Shown: in pieces, positions 59,818-64,000 of the stretch
Layout: every line of letters begins with the position of its first letter
Numbering within the stretch: the first letter of the stretch is position 1
NCBI GenBank assembly: GCA_039589275.1
Contig: JBDHHP010000001.1
Span: forward strand, 7,551 to 71,550
Source: Gemmatimonadota bacterium
GTDB lineage: Bacteria; Gemmatimonadota; Gemmatimonadetes; Gemmatimonadales; GWC2-71-9
Direction: 5' to 3'
DNA: 64,000 bases
Position numbers and translations under genes: made by a program
Notes under the pieces: generated by a model
What the model was told of the DNA's origin: nothing
Databases searched by the model: none
What the model saw: the letters and a program-made list of their open reading frames with translations, nothing else

Positions 59818-61207
59818 GCCTCACCGCAGGATCTCCGACGCTCGGTACCGATGCCGCCGATCGGCAGATGCCAGGAATCCAGATTATGTCTCTACGTCTC
59901 ACCACCACCGGGTAGCGGTGTCTGTCCCGCGTTGGGACACGTCCCTCCATCAACAGTCGGCGCACCTTGCGTCGGCCGACACCACCCAAGGGAAGCATCT
60001 TGTCTCCAGCTCTCGGAACCCGGATTCCGCCGGCGCCCGGTGTCACCCAGGTAGTGAGCGAACACCGCTGGATCGCTGCGGCCGGCTCCACCCGCCAGCG
60101 GAACTCCCAGCCGGGCCAGTGCACACAACCTCCTTCGCCCACCCCCCAACCAGATTCGAGGTCCGCAGCCACGGATTGCCCAGCTGGCGTTTCGGGCTTG
60201 ATGAGCAGATCTCCGAAGACAAGCTCCGCCTCCCAGCCCGAGCCAAGCTGAAGTACGCGGCCGCTCGAACCGTCCGTCGCAAACGTCAGTAGCTCTGCTG
60301 CGCGTCGCCGCCCCAGCCGACACCCCACTTCCCTTGCAGCGGCACGTAAGAGCACTAATGACAACATCTTATCATATCGTTGCAGCGCTGCTCTAGCAAC
60401 CTCAACACAGTCATCAGCCACCCGCAACCGGAGTTCCGGAAGCGACCGCAGGGCGGCGCTCCACGCTGAGCGCTGCAGGTCCGCATCATAGGCTACACTC
60501 AGCAATCGGTCTTCCAGATCGACGCCGGACCGCTGTCTCAAGAGCGGAAGAACCGTATGCCGGATCCAGGCGCGATCATGCTTTTGATCTTCGTTCGCCG
60601 GATCGCAGAAGAGCCCCGGGCGACCACAATCCTGAGGGTATTTAGAGTCGAGCCAGTCAACCAGCTCGGAACGCGTGAAGGGTAGCAGCGGACGCACCAG
60701 TCCGCGCGGCCCTTTGCCTGGAATTCCCGCCAAACCAAAAACCCCACTGCCCCGTAAAAACCGGTATAGCACGGTCTCGATCTGGTCGTTCCTGTGGTGA
60801 GCAGTAACCAAGTATCGAGCGCCCTCTTGCACCTGTATCGATCGCAGAGCCCCGTAACGCTCAATCCGCGCCTTCGTTTCCGAGGCGTCACCTCCAAGCC
60901 CCAGCCTAGCGATATGACACGGCATTCCGTGTAGCTCGGCCCATTGGGATACGGCATCGGGCACGCGGGCTGTGACGGGCTGAATTCCGTGTTCAACATG
61001 GGCGACAGCGAGGCTCAGTCCGAACTGCGGCGCGACGAGCTGCATTAGATTGAGCAACGCAATCGAGTCGGGCCCACCGCTGACCGCCAACAATGCGAGC
61101 CCTGGGACCTCGAACATCCGAGTCTCGGCGAGGTGATCGGCAAGTCGAAGCTGGAGGTCTCGCGCCACTTGTCTAATCGATGCCCTCAGTGGCCCGCTTG
61201 CGTGCAT
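59792..61207 (-). CDS. tilS: tRNA(Ile)-lysidine synthetase
   Basis: LLAVSGGPDSIALL PP-loop. The start is uncertain: ATG 61207 overlaps the upstream gene by 35 nt, and ATG 61117 is the alternative. Confidence 0.9.
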   Translation of the reverse strand: MHASGPLRASIRQVARDLQLRLADHLAETRMFEVPGLALLAVSGGPDSIALLNLMQLVAPQFGLSLAVAHVEHGIQPVTARVPDAVSQWAELHGMPCHIARLGLGGDASETKARIERYGALRSIQVQEGARYLVTAHHRNDQIETVLYRFLRGSGVFGLAGIPGKGPRGLVRPLLPFTRSELVDWLDSKYPQDCGRPGLFCDPANEDQKHDRAWIRHTVLPLLRQRSGVDLEDRLLSVAYDADLQRSAWSAALRSLPELRLRVADDCVEVARAALQRYDKMLSLVLLRAAAREVGCRLGRRRAAELLTFATDGSSGRVLQLGSGWEAELVFGDLLIKPETPAGQSVAADLESGWGVGEGGCVHWPGWEFRWRVEPAAAIQRCSLTTWVTPGAGGIRVPRAGDKMLPLGGVGRRKVRRLLMEGRVPTRDRHRYPVVVRRRDIIWIPGICRSAASVPSVGDPAVRLDARATGH

Positions 61208-61664
61208 CAGCTAGATAGCCGGGTTTCAGTCCCAGGAGATTCGAGATCTTCCGCATCAAGTAACTTTCATGTTTCGCCAGCTCACCGTCAGCATAGACCA
61301 CCCGCCACATCACCTCCGCCAGCACCATCTTCTGGCCCACATCGTACCGGTCGGCGATCAGTCGCGTGAATTGGTACAGATCGACGGATTTGCGGCGCTC
61401 CTCCTCAGCGAGGCCAATCAACTCCTCCACCGTGTCCGCCGCTAGATCAAAGTGACGAACCAGCGCCTCTTCAATGTGTTCCCGTTCTTCCTGGGCAAAC
61501 TCATCATCGGCGTAAGCCAGCTCCAATAGCAGCGCGCACGCGGCCAATGCGGCGGGGTCCTTTGCAGCACGGTCATTCGCCTGTTCGCTGCCCTCGGTTG
61601 TTGGCGCTGGCGTCGGCTCGAGGTTCTTGGAGAAGAAGGACTTTATCGCGTCAAGCATCCTCAC
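61173..61664 (-). CDS. TerB-like (tellurite-resistance/DjlA-N-like) protein
   Basis: 163 aa; LLELAYADDEFAQEEREHIEEAL and VVYADGELAKHESYLMRKI repeated acidic helices. Confidence 0.6.
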   Translation of the reverse strand: MRMLDAIKSFFSKNLEPTPAPTTEGSEQANDRAAKDPAALAACALLLELAYADDEFAQEEREHIEEALVRHFDLAADTVEELIGLAEEERRKSVDLYQFTRLIADRYDVGQKMVLAEVMWRVVYADGELAKHESYLMRKISNLLGLKPGYLADARKRATEGID

Positions 61665-61713
61665 CCGCCTGTCGTGATTGGTACTTGGGTCGTGAACGGT
61701 GACTGCTACTCCG

Positions 61714-63162
61714 TCACAGATAGGGACTAAGCAGTCGCGCCACCCCGTCTCTCAGTCGGACCGGTACGCTGCGGCCATCCACCGCGGCCTGTGTTGTCTG
61801 ACTGGCCCGGGCGACCTTGTCAGCAGCCAGCTGGGTCATGGATCGAGCCAGTTCCCGGTCGTAACACTCCACGTTGAACTCAAAATTCAATCGCAGACTG
61901 CGTGGATCCCAATTGGCCGAGCCGATCAGCGTCCACAGATCGTCTACCACCATGAGCTTCGTGTGATCGAATGGCGGAGGCGTCAGAAAGACGCGGCAGC
62001 CGCGTTCCAGAAGTTGCCACAACAGAGCCGTGGACGCCCAGGCAACCAATGGCTGGTTGTTTACCGAAGGCAGGACAATATCCACCTCGACGCCTCGCAT
62101 CGCTGCCACGGCCAGAGCGCTGATCAGATCGCGATCGGGTAGGAAGTACGGCGTCACGATGCAGATCCGATACTCGGCGGTCTGCACTCCCCCCAGCAGA
62201 GTCAGGCGCATCTTGTCGAAGTCTTCCCCCGGACCGTCCGGGATCCCTCTGGCAATGACTGCTCCAACCTCCTCCAATCGGGGAAACCACAGATCCCCGC
62301 CGAGAGCCTCCTTGGTGGAAAAAGCCCAATCCTCCGCGAACACCCACATGAGTTGTTGCACAACCGGACCTTCAACCTTGAACTGGAGGTCCTGGATGGG
62401 CCGGCGAGGACCCTTAGCCAAGACGTGACCGTCGCGCACGTTCATGCCGCCCGTGAACGCGACCCCACCATCGGCCACGAGGATTTTGCGGTGGTTGCGC
62501 AGGTTAAAGAACGGCATCCGCCAAGGGAGAATCGCCTGCATGAAACGGGCGACCCTCACTCCCCTCTTACGCAACTGTCCGACCATAGATGGCCATGAAT
62601 ATCGCGCACCAATCGAATCGATCAGGACGCGCACCGCCACGCCCCGATTCACGGCGCGCTGCAGCGCGTCAGCAAAGGTCTCTCCCGTTTCGTCGTGATC
62701 GAAGATGTACGTTGAGAAGGCCAACGATCGCTCCGCACTGTCGATCGTTTCGAGCATAGCAGGAAAAGCCGCATCCCCGTTCTGCAGCGGTTCCACGTGG
62801 TTGCCCGCAGTCAGGGGACTGTCGGTGACCTGGCCAACCACTCGCGCCAGAGCCCCGAGGTGCCCACTGGCCTCCATCAGCTCAACCCCTACGGCGCGCC
62901 AGTCAGTGCCTGCATCTCTATCGCCGAGTCCTACCGGTAGCCCAGCTCGCAGAGCCTTCGCTCGACGCTCAATTCGGTTTATGCCCAATAGCACGTAGAG
63001 CACCGGTCCAACGATAGGCACGAGCCAGATCACGCCGACCCACCCCAAAGCGGCTCGAGAGTCACGCTTGCGCATTACTGCGTGTGCTGAAGCAATCACC
63101 GCCAGAAGCGCAGAAAGAGTGGCAATGATCGCCGGCCGGAGTTGTTCCAGAACGGACAACAT
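61714..63162 (-). CDS. cls: cardiolipin synthase (two PLD/HKD motifs, N-terminal TM pair)
   Basis: HRKILVADG and HTKLMVVDD HKD motifs, with the N-terminal WLVPIVGPVLYVLLGINR typical of ClsA. Confidence 0.9.
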   Translation of the reverse strand: MLSVLEQLRPAIIATLSALLAVIASAHAVMRKRDSRAALGWVGVIWLVPIVGPVLYVLLGINRIERRAKALRAGLPVGLGDRDAGTDWRAVGVELMEASGHLGALARVVGQVTDSPLTAGNHVEPLQNGDAAFPAMLETIDSAERSLAFSTYIFDHDETGETFADALQRAVNRGVAVRVLIDSIGARYSWPSMVGQLRKRGVRVARFMQAILPWRMPFFNLRNHRKILVADGGVAFTGGMNVRDGHVLAKGPRRPIQDLQFKVEGPVVQQLMWVFAEDWAFSTKEALGGDLWFPRLEEVGAVIARGIPDGPGEDFDKMRLTLLGGVQTAEYRICIVTPYFLPDRDLISALAVAAMRGVEVDIVLPSVNNQPLVAWASTALLWQLLERGCRVFLTPPPFDHTKLMVVDDLWTLIGSANWDPRSLRLNFEFNVECYDRELARSMTQLAADKVARASQTTQAAVDGRSVPVRLRDGVARLLSPYL

Positions 63163-63164
63163 TT

Positions 63165-63887
63165 CTAGAGATCCAACTCCAACGGAGCATCGAGCGAAGC
63201 GCCTACCGGTTCGACGAGATCAACCCCTTCATTCCCGGGTCTACTGACGAGAGGGCTCACGGGATAACCCGTCATTCGTTCCGGGGGATAGGTGCCAAGG
63301 AGTTGCCTCGCCAGGGCCCGGTCGAGAGGACCGGGACAAAGCCAGTCATCGAAGTCACCCGGCTCGATGATTACCGGCATTCGGTCGTGTACCGGTCTCG
63401 TCAACGTATTGGGAGAGGTCGTGATAACGGCGCAGGATTCAATGCTACTGGCACCAGCCTTGAGCCCACCCCACCGGTCCCACAGCCCAGCGAGAGCAAA
63501 CAGTGTGTCACCCCGCATGCGGAAGAAGTACGGTTGCTTCCCACCAGGGACCTTCTGCCACTCATAAAAACCGCTCGCAGGAATCAGGCAGCGTCGCTGT
63601 CTAAAGGAATCGCGGAACGTTGGTTTGTCTGCAACCGTTTCGGCGCGTGCGTTGATGGTGCGTGCTCCGAAATCGCTGGAGTGCGCCCAGTGAGGTATCA
63701 ACCCCCAACGGAAGACCGCTGCTTCGCGGTTATCGTCGCGGCCACACCTGATGCCCGGTACTGCGTCGGTTGGAGCGATGTTGTATCTCGGGGAGAGATC
63801 GAAGACTCGCCTGACTTCGTCCAGCGACAGGCGAAACAGACGAGCGACCTCGTCGGGAGTTGCATAGAGAGCGTAGCGACCACACAT
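63165..63887 (-). CDS. yedK: SOS-response-associated peptidase (SRAP/YedK family, abasic-site crosslinking)
   Basis: MCGRYAL N-terminus, NARAETV, PASGFYEW. Start set at ATG 63887 so that Cys is residue 2. Confidence 0.85.
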   Translation of the reverse strand: MCGRYALYATPDEVARLFRLSLDEVRRVFDLSPRYNIAPTDAVPGIRCGRDDNREAAVFRWGLIPHWAHSSDFGARTINARAETVADKPTFRDSFRQRRCLIPASGFYEWQKVPGGKQPYFFRMRGDTLFALAGLWDRWGGLKAGASSIESCAVITTSPNTLTRPVHDRMPVIIEPGDFDDWLCPGPLDRALARQLLGTYPPERMTGYPVSPLVSRPGNEGVDLVEPVGASLDAPLELDL

Positions 63888-64000
63888 GAGATATTGGTAT
63901 TCACTCAACGCAGAAATCTACTGCTGCACCGACCGATCGCCATGTGAGCGGGAGGTATCGGGAACCCCCTCGGATTGTTGATTTCCGAGCCAGTATCATG

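Noticed and set aside
61714-63908. The PLD-family protein plus SRAP peptidase pair could be a defence or nuclease module.
   Set aside because: The PLD protein has the N-terminal TM pair, the spacing and the two HKD motifs of ordinary cardiolipin synthase ClsA. SRAP/YedK is a housekeeping abasic-site protein. Nothing else defence-like is adjacent.
63969-63989. Inverted repeat CTCGGA-N9-TCCGAG upstream of the SRAP gene, considered as a possible LexA-type operator.
   Set aside because: It is only 6 bp per arm and does not match any SOS-box consensus I know. It lies at the window edge, so the context is missing.

Overview
This is a high-GC bacterial chromosomal window with compact gene packing. 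I call 59 protein genes and 2 tRNAs, and all but mazG are on the minus strand. From left to right the content is as follows.

- **Left end:** a partial deoB, then alr, mazG, asnS, a pterin dehydratase, recG, ftsY and a BatA-like membrane protein.
- **dcw cluster:** an almost complete division/cell-wall cluster, rsmH-ftsL-ftsI-murE-murF-mraY-murD-ftsW-murG-murC-ftsQ-ftsA-ftsZ plus a MepM-like M23 peptidase.
- **tRNA region:** tRNA-Asp and tRNA-Val flank a secreted TPR protein.
- **Chemosensory/GTPase operon:** about 17 kb, described below.
- **Firmicute-like block:** yggS-divIVA-punA-ileS-dksA-like-lspA-rluD.
- **Right end:** a DUF2723 membrane protein, cdaA-folP-ftsH-hpt-tilS, a TerB-like protein, cls and an SRAP (YedK-like) gene.

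The stand-out is the contiguous minus-strand operon at 28650-45673. A normal CheA/W/Y/B/R/C/D gene set is split between cheC and cheR by a ~10 kb module. That module encodes MglA, MglB, two more roadblock/LC7 proteins, two PATAN(DUF4388)-TPR paralogues and an 889-aa TPR protein. It also encodes a 651-aa protein made of two DnaA-domain-III-like AAA+ modules with no DNA-binding domain. No methyl-accepting chemoreceptor gene is present, although cheR, cheB and cheD look intact.

No CRISPR arrays, transposases, integrases or rRNA genes were seen.

**Limits.** All calls come from reading the supplied translations and my own hand translation. No database search was run. Start codons are approximate. 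The ORF track translates GTG/TTG starts as M (verified at 28590 and 38577), and several track ORFs have false N-terminal extensions that I trimmed. Lineage is only a guess (Gemmatimonadota-like or a similar high-GC diderm).
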